Source: Pecten maximus (Eukaryota). From it: DNA of 64,000 bases. Numbering within the stretch: the stretch's first letter is position 1; each line of letters opens with the position of its first letter. The position numbers and the translations under genes are program-made. Below the pieces are notes generated by a model that saw only the letters and a list, made by a program, of their open reading frames with translations, was not told the origin of the DNA and did not search any database. Shown here piece after piece: positions 1 to 11,490 of this stretch. The stretch lies in assembly GCF_902652985.1 (NCBI RefSeq), contig NC_047017.1, positions 21,018,001 to 21,082,000 on the forward strand, in the 5' to 3' direction.

Positions 1-897
1 CTGGGGTATACGAAAAAGAGTGTATTTTGTAGCAATTTAGATCCTGTTCGTTTCAATATATAGAGAAAATAAACCCCTTGACATGGGGAAATAAAAAGTA
101 GCCTACTTAACTGTGAAATGTAATATTTCTACTGCAATGCTATAAATGTTTATGGTATACATTTATACAAAAACATGCATTCGTCATCAGGAGTCTGATA
201 GACTTTGAAATCACTTTTACATGTACAAGAGACATTACATGCCGATGTAAAGTGGTACGTTCAGCTGTAGTCATATACAAATGTATTTGAAAAATAAAAA
301 TTTTACCAACTCAGGGAATTAAAAATATAGACTGAAGTTCTGTCAGAGGTTCTCATGAAATGCTGAGTATAAGTTTTTAAAAGCTTGAAAACCATGATAT
401 CTAAATGTATGAAATAATATTGAGGTGTGACCGTGTCACTGACACCATTTGGCCATGAGATTTGAGTGTTTGATGTAAAAACCATGCATGTATGCTTGCA
501 GCAGTTACTTATAGAATTGGAGGAAATCTGTGTGAAAAACATGGAATTCTGATCATTGCTTATCTCTCAATCATCAGTCATCGCTAATGAATCCTAACAA
601 AGGTAGAGTCGTGTGGGGTATAGCACTATGTACCTCTTAGTCCCAAATGGCAATAGAGACTAACTGCATCAGAGGTAAAAAAAATTGTACAGTATGAATT
701 AGTGATGCTAAATTAAATTGAAGTTAAAAAGACACAATATGTAATACTGGAAAGTCATGACATCATAATTTTAAAAAGATCACAAAAACAATAGTTTTAT
801 TTAACCTTTGATTAATTGGAATTTCCCTGCCCCAGTAAATTTCACTACTCTACCAAAGACGGTTTGGTTTCCTGTGTTAGAGCATCACTTCCGTTAC

Positions 898-924
898 TTG
901 AAAACAGACCGCATGAGGAATTAT
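898..924 (-). CDS. Candidate 27-nt phase-0 microexon (IIPHAVCFQ) at the neurexin SS2 position
   Basis: ggaatttttcAG|ATAATTCCTCATGCGGTCTGTTTTCAA|GTaacg. Frame-preserving with no stop, but the pyrimidine tract is short and the donor non-consensus. Confidence 0.25.
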
Positions 925-2909
925 CTGAAAAATTCCTTGTTTAATTGGTAACCTAGAAGAGAAAATATTCCTAATCAATGGCCTTCGAAAGCCGATCAAA
1001 TGTTCGAGAAGTGTGCTTCAATTTAGCCCCCACACAGGCCTGATACGAATGAACATTGCGATCCCACCATGTGCTTGACTAATTGGTCTTTCCGGTATTA
1101 AAATGCTCGACTTAATTTTTCCCTCAAACAATTGTTCCAAATGTAACCCCAGATAATGAGAATTTTAATTTCGACATGTACTGCTCAAGGGAACTACTAA
1201 CTGTCTATAGAAGCCTAAAGCGAAAAACTGCCTATTAATTGCGAAGTGCTTGTAGATCAACAATAATAAAAATGTTTTTTAAAATCAAATTTCCTGCCTT
1301 AAAACCCTTTCAGCTGATATAGCACTGGCCATCACATAGAATGTACAGTACATGCTGCAAGCAGCTTCACAGTAAACAGCCTTAAGACTTTTTACCAGAT
1401 TACAAGACGAATCCCAGCAATCTGACATGGCGCCAATCCTTTGTAGGATCCAACAATGCACTGTAACAGTACCCATCCTCTTTTTGATTGGCGATATTTG
1501 CTGGGCATAGAATTTCTTAGAAGAAGGAATTAATCCATACGAAATTCTCATGGATCTGTGACAATTTCATTGTTCTGAAGTATCATCAGAGATATTTTTG
1601 TCTGATATTTCATGGAAGTGAGACATAAATGTCATGATTTTGACTCAGCCCCTGTACCTATGACAGAGCTGTGAGAGGGATTGACCGCAACTGCACTCTG
1701 TTACTCAATGTCCCTCGGGAAGCGGCCGCACATCCAGACCAATTACGTTCCGCGTTAATCATGCTCATTTATGTTACTACATTCTCTACATAAAGTGCAA
1801 AAATTATTCTTGTCATTTCATTTGCATTGATTTTCCTGATCTTGCTGTTAGTAATCCAAACACTCCCTATACCACGGTCATAAGTCTGTAGAGACACACG
1901 TTTACAATTATCATGTGAGAAATATCTGCACCCTATTCTGGGGTCAAGAGTCATGTATTTACGTCTAAGGAAATATTCCATTGCACAGGAAGAAATGAGG
2001 GTCATGTGAAAATGCTGTAGGAGCTATTGCACAATATCTACGGAGGAAAATAACAAGCACGATGTCTCTCGAGGAAAACAATATTTTTTATCTTCAAATG
2101 TTTAAGATTATAAAGTGTCAGCATCATTATGAAAGGCATTTTTGAAACTTGTTTGAATTCAACATGTCATTTATGTTAAACATAAACATTTGAAAATATT
2201 TATATCCCTTCTCTATCAGAATTCATCTTGACCTGAAATTTCCCCCAATATACAGACAACTAAGACATCATAGATACCATGAACAAGTTGATATTCCATG
2301 ACTATTTTCTAGAAATTTTTTTATAGAAATGATTAAACGTTGATGATTTAGTAAATTTAAAGCTGTATGCAAAAACTTTTGAAAGAATAAATTTCTATTT
2401 CATGATATAAAACTAGAAATAAATTTTAGTTGAAAGTTATTGTTAAGAAGCTATCATCAAGGATAATTACCCTTCCATGCCAGATATCAAACTGAAGTCA
2501 TTATTGATTTCAATACCTGATCAGGGATTTCATGATAAATGTTTGCAGAGACAATATTGTGCATGTCAGCTTATGGTCAAAGAATTGCAATGCAAAACCA
2601 GTAGATGGCTAGATTGTCCTAATCTACCAAGCGGTGAGAAATATAATTATACTGTTATACCGAGCTAAAAAGGAACTGTGTGTTGAAGAAAAGAAAACTA
2701 CCTCTATGGTACGGCATACCATTCTGGTGAAAGGACTAATAGTCAAGTGAAAGTATAACAAACATTTTATAAAAGTTCACTAAAAAATGTCTGGAAATTT
2801 CATAACAAAAGTGAGTAAACAGCTACATAGCCTATGAACAACAATCACTAAATTTTGGCAAAGTGAAAATCCAGAAAGATAAGAAAAAAAAAATTAACAA
2901 TCCACTTAC

Positions 2910-3070
2910 CTCCCTTGTTTTCCTCTTCACCAGCACATGATGCCAGTGGTTGTCATCAAAGCGATAGACACCTGGTCGGATTTCGGATTCATACGTTCCA
3001 GATCCAAGATTAACCGTGACACTAACTCCGCCATTTTTCAGAGACACGATCAAGAAATCACTTCCTTGGC
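2910..3070 (-). CDS. NRXN: Alpha-neurexin-like internal exon (161 nt, phase 1 to phase 0), LNS2 continuation ending at the SS2 position
   Basis: Acceptor gatatttcAG (3071-3072), donor GAG|GTAAGT (2908-2909). Joins the upstream exon in frame (G|GC=Gly). Translates GQGSDFLIVSLKNGGVSVTVNLGSGTYESEIRPGVYRFDDNHWHHVLVKRKTRE, matching the LamG motifs LKNGxV, NLGSG and FxDNxWH. Confidence 0.92.
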
Positions 3071-4384
3071 CTGAAATATCAAAAGATATTGTAGATGATA
3101 AAATACGATGAAAACAACATTGATCAATCAAGAAGGGCATCGCTGTGTGTGAAAACTGAAAACAAGCCCCTCATACATAAATACACTCGTCAAATCTTAG
3201 TTTGATAATAAAAGCATCTACATGTATTTTTTTTTAGAGGAATCCCTGAGGAGGGGTTACATATTACTCTTTAACAATACGTTAATATATACAGACTGGA
3301 TACAAGGGGCTCCTGAGCTCGCTGACTTTCAGTCATTGTAATAACTTGAACTAAGAAAACTTATTTCACAGAGGAAAAGAACCCTTCAAAGTGCTCCATT
3401 ATGACTTCACCTTTTCCTTAAACCACTCAAATATAGAGGTTATCTCTCTTTGCTCACAACAAAATATTCTGTCAAGATCAATCTTCATATACAATAGAAA
3501 AAAAAATACAATTTAATGACTGAAATATTTTATGTTATAATAAAGACTTGATGTATTTTAAAACTACAAATACTGATTATGTTGTGAAGTTTCAAAGGCC
3601 TGATAGTAACAGAAAACCTTCTGCTATGTACTGAAATAATTTTATTAGTGAGGGGTACTAATATATTGCATTAATTGCTTAAATGTAAAGTAAACATCTA
3701 TGTAAGTGTCTGCCAATGAATTTCAAGATTCATCGCTTTTAAAGAATTTTTTATGAAATTGAAGAAGATCAAGAAAACCTTCGGAGATGAAAGACCTGAG
3801 CCTTTAATAACATTTTTATTCAATTTCAACAACAAAGGTAGTTCTATCCATTAAATTAAAACATAATGGAAAAAAGAAAGGGGTCAATTTGATTGTCACA
3901 AAGCTCCAGAACACTCCAGGATTAATCCCTTAACGATGACCAGAGCTAGCCAGGCCTATGTCATCCACAAAGTTTATATATGGTGTCCGTATCACTTAAG
4001 TGTCCATGGGAGGCTAATTACGGGGACAAAGTGATGGTAACAGGTTGGTAGGCTGCCAAGGCGAGTAAAAACATTTACTGACGATGCCATGTAGTCAGTT
4101 TCTAGATGCCGAGTAAAAGCAGGAAAAGTCTATATACTTAACAACATAAAGACAAGAAGCCGTTGATCGGAGATGTCGTGAGCAGCCTTCGACTCTACCG
4201 ATGTACAAAGGCTTCTCGGCATTTTACCATTAGGTATGGGATTACTAAAGGAAACAAACGATATGACAATATACAGTCATTATGCTGTAGACAGCAATTA
4301 ATCAAAGGTACAAGCAGACTACAGGCAACAGCTTTCACCAATGAAATCTATACCCCTTCTTAAATAGAAGAACAGGTAGTAAAA

Positions 4385-4660
4385 AAGTCATGATATCTAG
4401 GGGACTAAAAACCATAGTATCTAAGGAATCAAAAATTCAAAGTGTCTTTGTGACTTAAAAAATCAGTGTTTATAGGAGTAACAATAATAGTGTCTATGGA
4501 ACGGAAAACCATAGTGTCAAGAAACTATAAATCCGTGTCCATGGGACTAAAGAACGACAACATATAGTATCTAAGGGACTAAAATGACTGTGTCTATGGG
4601 ACTAAATTTCATGGTAACTATAAGGGACTAAAAATTATTGTATCTATGAGACTATAAACT
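4385..4660. repeat. Degenerate ~25-30 bp tandem repeat (gggactaaaaaccatagtatcta-like), resuming at ~4935-5000 after the SINE
   Basis: Recurrent gggactaaa and tagtgtcta/tagtatcta words. Confidence 0.55.
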
Positions 4661-4682
4661 AGGGTAAACCTTAATCGATTAA

Positions 4683-4928
4683 GGTGGTCGGCTGGCACAG
4701 TGGTAACACACTTGCCTTTCACCTAGAGGGACAGGGTTCGATTCCCCGATCGGACGTAAAAAGGTGCAGTCACCTTCCCGACCACATGGGTTTTTCCCGG
4801 GTGCTTCAGTTTCCTCCCACAGTAAGACCCCTCGTGCACTTCCACCCAGGCCATCAAGCGTGATTAATATAAGCTCATATAACTTGTTTCACAATTGTTG
4901 TAAAATAAATAAAGTTTACATTTATATA
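4683..4928 (+). mobile_element. tRNA-derived SINE with V-domain-like core (V-SINE), near full length
   Basis: Pol III A box TGGCACAGTGG (4693-4703), B box GGTTCGATTCC (4735-4745), core tgggtttttcccgggtgcttcagtttcctcccaca, AT-rich tail. Second copy at 53187. Confidence 0.85.
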
Positions 4929-5059
4929 CATTTTGTATCTATCTTAGAAATTAAAAGCAAGAGTATCCAAGGGACAAGAAACCATGGTATCAAAAAGGAG
5001 TTAATTTAATCTTAAACATCTCTTGATCAGATGTGAATGAGCAGACGCAGAAAACATAC

Positions 5060-5203
5060 CTGTGTAGAAGAGAAGGCCGCTGGGCTGTCGTGTGCGGAAG
5101 TAAAGACTAACTTCGTCTGTATTACTAGTCGGAGCACCCTTTGCTGGCCATTCATACATGAAATATTGTGAGCCAAAAAACGTAACTTCAGAAGGGGTTC
5201 TTT
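5060..5203 (-). CDS. NRXN: Alpha-neurexin-like internal exon (144 nt, phase 1 to phase 1), start of LNS2/laminin-G domain
   Basis: Acceptor ctcttttgtcttttcAG (5204-5205), donor G|GTATG (5058-5059). Translates xRTPSEVTFFGSQYFMYEWPAKGAPTSNTDEVSLYFRTRQPSGLLFYT(G), resembling the neurexin LNS2 start as I recall it (ATFxGSEY...DEITLSFKT...NGL..HTG; insect ...FRTRQPNGLLFYTG). Confidence 0.9.
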
Positions 5204-6199
5204 CTGAAAAGACAAAAGAGCAAAACAGAAATAAGCACAAGTGTATTCAGCAAACAACTTTACAATGCAAATGCACAAGATATTAGTACCTTTCAATACA
5301 AAATCCATCCTTGTAGAACTTGTCAATGATGCTGAGGACAGAAAGTGTTGATACTTAGGGGCAATGGAGGACGGTCAAAAGGACCACCAACCAAATCTGA
5401 ATGGGTATAGGCATAACATCTTTATAATTAAATAAATTCCATTACTTTTAATATTAGATTTTAAAAGTACAGTATTATAATCCATAACATTTTAAATTCT
5501 AAACATATTTTTGCACTAAAATACATTTTTTCTAATGATTGCTACATCAGTTTAAGGAGAATCTTACTGCTTAGTTCAGGTATAATTCCCTATATCCAAT
5601 GTTAAACATAACAGTCTGGCTGAGTTTACGACACATAATCTCCCAACCCCACCTGTGATATAATGAATTATCCCAGTGAGATAAATACATGTTGTAGTTC
5701 ATCAGCTCGTATTCAACTGTGGCTTGGATAGCACTACAAATAAATTATGATCACATGATTTCCTCTTATGATTCCTCATCTCCTGCCATTTATGCACACT
5801 GCTTGTCTTTATCACATACATAAAGGTTTATCAAAATTGCCTCTTTTAACGTTAACACACAATCTTTTATATAAACTTATTACACACCATAATCAGCAGG
5901 AATTGTGGTACTTAATTATATCATAGTAATGACAAATCTTGTTAAAATATTACTTTAAACGTTGACCTATATGACCTTACCACGTGGGTTGGGCATTAAA
6001 CACTTCAGTTGTTTATTATGCTATAATCAAGAAACTAACAAAATATGTCAAGTTGTAAGTATCACGTCATAACAAATATGACCTTAATATGTAACTTAAT
6101 TGGACTGATATGTACATCAGAGCGTTGTACCACATAAAACGCTTTAAGAACACATCTAGAAAAAGGACAACATCCACATACCCCTAAACAGCGTTTACG

Positions 6200-6310
6200 A
6201 TGGGGGTTTGAACGGGGAAAATTCTCATTAGGGATAATTGGGGCCTAGAATCGTATGTTAGTCTCTGGTGTGAGATATAGCAATTGCCTTGCCACCTGTG
6301 CCACAGAGCT
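6200..6310 (-). mobile_element. Possible degenerate tRNA-SINE head
   Basis: Minus strand reads gctctgTGGCACAGGTGGcaagg...tctcacaccagagac...cgattc, an A box with a decayed B box. Confidence 0.25.
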
Positions 6311-6509
6311 TTTATGTTCTGCAGGAAAATCCATCACCAGCCACCTTCAGAATGTCAACATTTAAAAAAAAAATGTTCATGAAGAAGGCCCAATTAACTT
6401 CAATGTCAGTACCAGGAAGTAGTTAGAAGTACTACACATGCACATTTGAATTATTGACCCCATTGCTGTATTCAATGACCTCAAGACACATGACCTCAAG
6501 ACACATATG

Positions 6510-6800
6510 ACTTGTGAACTTTGAACCAGTGACCTTTGCATTCATTGACCTCTATACCGGAAATCTGTGAACTTTGAACCAGTGGCCTTTGCATTCAATG
6601 ACCTCTACACCAAATTTGTGAACTTTGAACCATTTATCTTTGCATTCAATGACCTCTACTTTAAACCAGTGACCATGATTGCATTCAATGACCTCTACAC
6701 CAAATTTGTGAACTTTAAACCATTGACCTTTGCCTTCAATGACCTCTACACCAAATTTGTGAACTTTGAACCAGTGACCTTGTATTCATTAACCTCAATA
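6510..6800. repeat. 51-bp minisatellite, ~5-6 copies
   Basis: Unit tttgtgaactttgaaccagtgacctttgcattcaatgacctctacaccaaa; explains the 17-aa-periodic ORF 6567-6803. Confidence 0.9.
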
Positions 6801-7549
6801 TGAGATTGCAGAGCCATTAGATATTGCAGACTAACCAACACCAAATCTGCAGCCGAACACAAGAAATCTGAAGTAGTCTAACCTATAAGGCTTCTGACAT
6901 TTAGGATTCGATCGCGAGGCTGGATTTCACGATAAATTTTTTTATGTTTAATTTTTTATTGCGTGAAGCAATTTACTGTTAGATGCATAATTGTGAATGA
7001 GAAGTTTCCCTGAAGTTCTCAAGGTACGCTGGGTAATTAGGAAACAGAACACCAGAGGGGTATTGATACCTATAGGATTGTGGGATCAAGGTAACTCACA
7101 GTGCCCTGCAGGCTTCACTAGATTACTGATAAATCTAATACCACCGCCTTCAAAGCCTTGTTAACTTTCAATACATTTACCGTTACCAGAGAAAATATAG
7201 AGTTTATTAAAAGCGCTTTCTGAAAATCAAATGCAGTGTATATTATTTAGATGCAGTAATGAATATATCCAATACTTAAAATATTAATCCTTATCACTTG
7301 AAAATTTAACACCTGAAGATTTCTCATTAAAAAAAATTTCTAGACACCATAATTTATGTTTCTAAAAGTATTGTAACAATACTTAAATTCTGAGTTTTAT
7401 ACTATAGACAAAAAAAACCCTTCCTAATAGCTAGAGTATAAATACCAAAGGTAGGGAAATGGGTACCCACTCTCTAGCAAACTGGAATATTTATACACTT
7501 CAACATTATACAATGTACATGTACTGATTTGATATCCATCATGAAAGGT

Positions 7550-7950
7550 CTAGATTGCACATGTTTCTAACTTACACAGAATTCTAGATTGCACAAGTTT
7601 TTAACTAACACAGGTTTCTAACTTACACAGGTTTCTAGATTACACAGGTTTCTAGTGACAAGCTTCTAGATTACACAGGTTTCTAGTGACAGGCTTCTAG
7701 ATTACACAGGCTACACAGGTTTCTAGATTACACAGGTTATTTAGATTACAGAGGTCTTTAGATTATACAGGTTTCTAAATTACACATTTAGGTTTCTAGA
7801 TTACACAGGCTTTTAGCTTACACAGGCTTCTAGTTTACACATGTTTATAGCTTACACAGGCTTCTAGTTTACACAGGTTTCTAGATTACATGTTTCTAGC
7901 TTACACAGGTTTCCAGATTGCACAGGTTTCTAGATTACAAAGGTTTTTGG
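7550..7950. repeat. 17-bp minisatellite, >20 copies
   Basis: Unit ttacacaggtttctaga. Confidence 0.9.
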
Positions 7951-9889
7951 CTTCTAATATCACTCAAGTAGAAAGTCAAGATTTCAAAACTATAGGTACG
8001 CGTACTCAGAGTTGTGAAGTTGACCAAGCTTTAATCAGGCTGTTTTGCAATAGTGATAATCAGGTTGTTTTGCTGCTGGGGATAAGATTTTAAACATGTC
8101 TGGGGAGATGTTAATTAGACATTGTGTCTTTATTCCGGGATTTTCAGGCGACTAGTTCTGCTTGAGTTTTAATCAAATCGATCATAATGTTGTTGTTCTT
8201 TGGTTTCATGAAAACAGTGGGTTTTTAAAAAAATTTAATGTTAAAATCTAGTTAACTCATTTTCTTTGAGTCACATTTAGCCTGTATACATATGAATCCA
8301 GCAAAGTCAGTTTTTATCAGAGGATCAACATCCGGTGCCACTCCACAATGAGCTGCCCATATTTCCTAGCATTCAAATCATGTCTACAACATTGATTAAT
8401 GGTGAAATATTGATTTCTTCTAGCAGTACATACTGTACCAGAATAAATGGAGTGTGAACTACCTAATTTATTGTTGTAGTCTAAAAACAAAAATGCAAAA
8501 TGCATGTCGAAGCATCAAAGCCTGGTATGAGCCCGACATTCAAACTGACCTCTAGAGGAATCCTTACCATGTAAAACCAGCATGCCTGGCAGTGTCTAGA
8601 AAACACTTACAGCGAAATCAAATTAATGACTTAGTTGGTCTAATTTGCCGTTAGAGTTGTTTTCCTGTTTCAGCGTTTTGTACAATTTTGGGAATCCTTC
8701 ATTATTGATTGATGCCTGATTTGATAGGAGTTACCAGCGCAGTACTTTATAGGGGGAACATGGCCGGTATTGTGATCCTGGCCCTTCACACTCAGCTACA
8801 CTATGTCTTTCGATCGGCTCCTCGTCAATTTCTCAAGGAAAATCAATGCTGAATGAGGAAGAAGCCTTGTTAAAGGCAAAATTTCTGATACGAAGGATGC
8901 TTTCTAAATCACAAAAAAAAAAATTACCACCCTAAATTGGTGGATTGAGACCATGGAATCAAACAGTATCTTCCTCACCAATATCAATTATAGCCTTCGG
9001 TGATCCAGTATGAAACCTTCATCTCGCTCTAAACAACGGAATCAAATTTTCTTACTTGTCCACATGTAATCATCCCTCCTCAATCAGAGAGCATTACGGC
9101 AATGGGCAAATGAGGTTCCAATGCATATACACCGAAATCTCTAGGATTGGAGGTGAGATTAGTATCGAATTCTAAACTACTGCTCAAGGAGAATTCACTC
9201 TCATAGAAAAAAACTTTGTATCCTGGAGTCAGGTTTTCATTTATACAGCATGCATGCTGGCAAATCAAAGGGTGTGATATTGTGATGTTAGGGATCAATT
9301 GACAAGGAGTGTACAAAGCTAGATAGATGGAATTGGAGTTGAAATAATGACCGACACCAAATACATTGATATTTCATGACAGAATAAAGAGATGGAATCT
9401 TCTTCAAAATACATCAGCGAATACAATCACGTGTTTAGTATACTCTTCTTTCTGAATTTGTCAATATAAACCAGCACATGCTGATGTCTCCTGTCAAACT
9501 CTGCAGCACTCCTTCAGGCATACTGATAAACAACATGCCACCTTAAGACTGTCCAACATGAATGGTTTCTTTCTCTCTCTCTAATGTGGTTGACTAGTTT
9601 TTATAAATGTCTCCTGCACTTTCTCACATCCTGCTGTCAAACTTGCCTTCCTCCCCATGCATTTTACACCTTCACCATTAATGGCAAGTGAGACGTATGG
9701 CATTTATTGGAGTTTTGTGTGTTTTAAAACATTTAACCCTTATATATAAAGTATCAAATGTCTAGATCAGTAAAGGTTTGTGGCATTAAGTGTATCATCA
9801 TAAATAGATCTCAATTCCTCCAAATTTCGTCCATGTCCATAATTATAAATATTTATTTTCCTAAGTTGTCAATAATGACCGCAGAAGTC

Positions 9890-10560
9890 CAAGAACTCCA
9901 TATGAGCCACTCCTCATGACCTTAGACCTGTTCATGAATGCAACACCCTCAATAAAACTCAATCTGAGCCACTTCTCATGAACTTTGACTTGTTCATGAA
10001 TGCAACACCCTCAAAAGAACTCAATCTGAGCGACTCCTCATGAACTTTGACCTGTTCATGAATGCAACACCCTCAGAAGAACTCAATCTTAGTCGCTTCT
10101 CATGAACTTTGACCTGTTCATGAATGCAACACCCTCAAAAGAACTCAATCTGAGCGACTCCTCATGAACTTTGACCTGTTCATGAATAAAACACCCTCAG
10201 AGAACTCAATCTTAGTCACTCCTCATGACCTTTATCATGTCCTCAATGACTTCAGAAGACAAAGGACTATCTGAGTCAATCCTCCTGACCTTTGACCTGT
10301 TTATAATGCTCCCAGAAGACCACGCTGGTCTCCTTCTGATATCACTCATTATGACCTTTGAACCGGCCATATGACAATCACAGAAGAACAAGGACTATAT
10401 ATCTGGGTCACTTCTTTTAACCTTTGAACTGTTCATATTGACCTCAGAAGGACTCAATCTGACCCACTCCTCATGACCTTTTATTTCCCCATAATGACCT
10501 CATAATGACCTCATAAGGACTCTATCTGTGCCATTCCTCACAAACTTTGACTCGTCTGTA
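9890..10560. repeat. 62-bp minisatellite, ~6 good copies (9890-10240) decaying to ~10560
   Basis: Unit aagaactcaatctgagcgactcctcatgaactttgacctgttcatgaatgcaacaccctcaa, with internal inverted repeat tcatgaac/gttcatga. Confidence 0.9.
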
Positions 10561-11369
10561 ATCACTTAAAGCAGACCAAGGACTCCTCTATGCATGCCCT
10601 CTATTACATCCTTAGTAGAAAGCTAAGGACCCGAGACCTCATGATCTGTGATCTGTCCTCAGCCTCTTCTTTAAGACCCTGGACTCCGTGGTGTGATTAG
10701 CCTATTTTTCTCCTGTCGATATTTAATGGGTGTCTCCTAGCCGAGCAAGTCGTTTGCCCACACTTGGCCGTCTACCAAAGGCTACTGTTGCCTGCACTTA
10801 ATAATTACAAAATGAAATATCAATAGCTAAGGGAATATAAGTCACCAGTAATAAATAACAGTTAATCCAGTTATTGGGGTATTGATCTGTCTAAATCCAC
10901 TTATTCTCCCGTATATAGGCAAAACAAACGGCCTGTCCCATCCCCCATTTCACTCTCATAACAGGTGCTCCCTCAATTTATCCCCTATTGTCAAAAAAAA
11001 ATGTACCTTTGCTAAAAGCTGGTCTTGTTGTAAACTATATTACTCCCTTTATAGATATTCTTTCATCCACTTAAAATATTCCTGAGATATATTTTGTTGT
11101 CCATCAAACATTTCCCTCAACACAACAACTTTGGGAGTTAACCTACCCGAGTTCAATCTTCGCATCAATCCCATCAGTTGTCACTATGAACCTGTATTTC
11201 TATTTTAAACAACTAATGTGATAGCATCAATGATTGTAATCAGGTAAAGTCTGGATGTTACAGACAGGGGGACCAATCACAAAAAAAAAAAAAAAGAAAG
11301 AAAAAAAAAAGGATGACACGAACTGAATCACATACAACACAGCTGGCTCCAAAGAACTCTTCATTTACC

Positions 11370-11490
11370 TTGTAGTGGGATTGAACTGGACTTAAATGCC
11401 AGGTAGTGGGGTAGCTCAATTGGTTACAGTATGATCCATCAAAGATTTAGGATGTCCAGTTATCATCTGGTTGTTCCTATTACATGTGGC
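11370..11490. mobile_element. Degenerate tRNA-related interspersed repeat fragment
   Basis: A-box-like ggggTAGCTCAATTGGtta on + preceded by a reversed B-box-like gggattgaact; no cloverleaf. Confidence 0.25.

Noticed and set aside
239-264. AG...GT-bounded 26-nt segment on the minus strand
   Set aside because: Not frame-preserving and has a weak pyrimidine tract.
483-527. Alternative SS2 microexon (ttttcacacAG|ATTTCCTCC = ISS...) with nearby TGCATG
   Set aside because: Good acceptor, but the nearest donor gives 19 nt (frameshift) and the in-frame donor GTTTTT is implausible.
4683-4760. tRNA gene
   Set aside because: A/B boxes are present but there is no complete acceptor stem, and it continues into a SINE core shared with 53187-53400.
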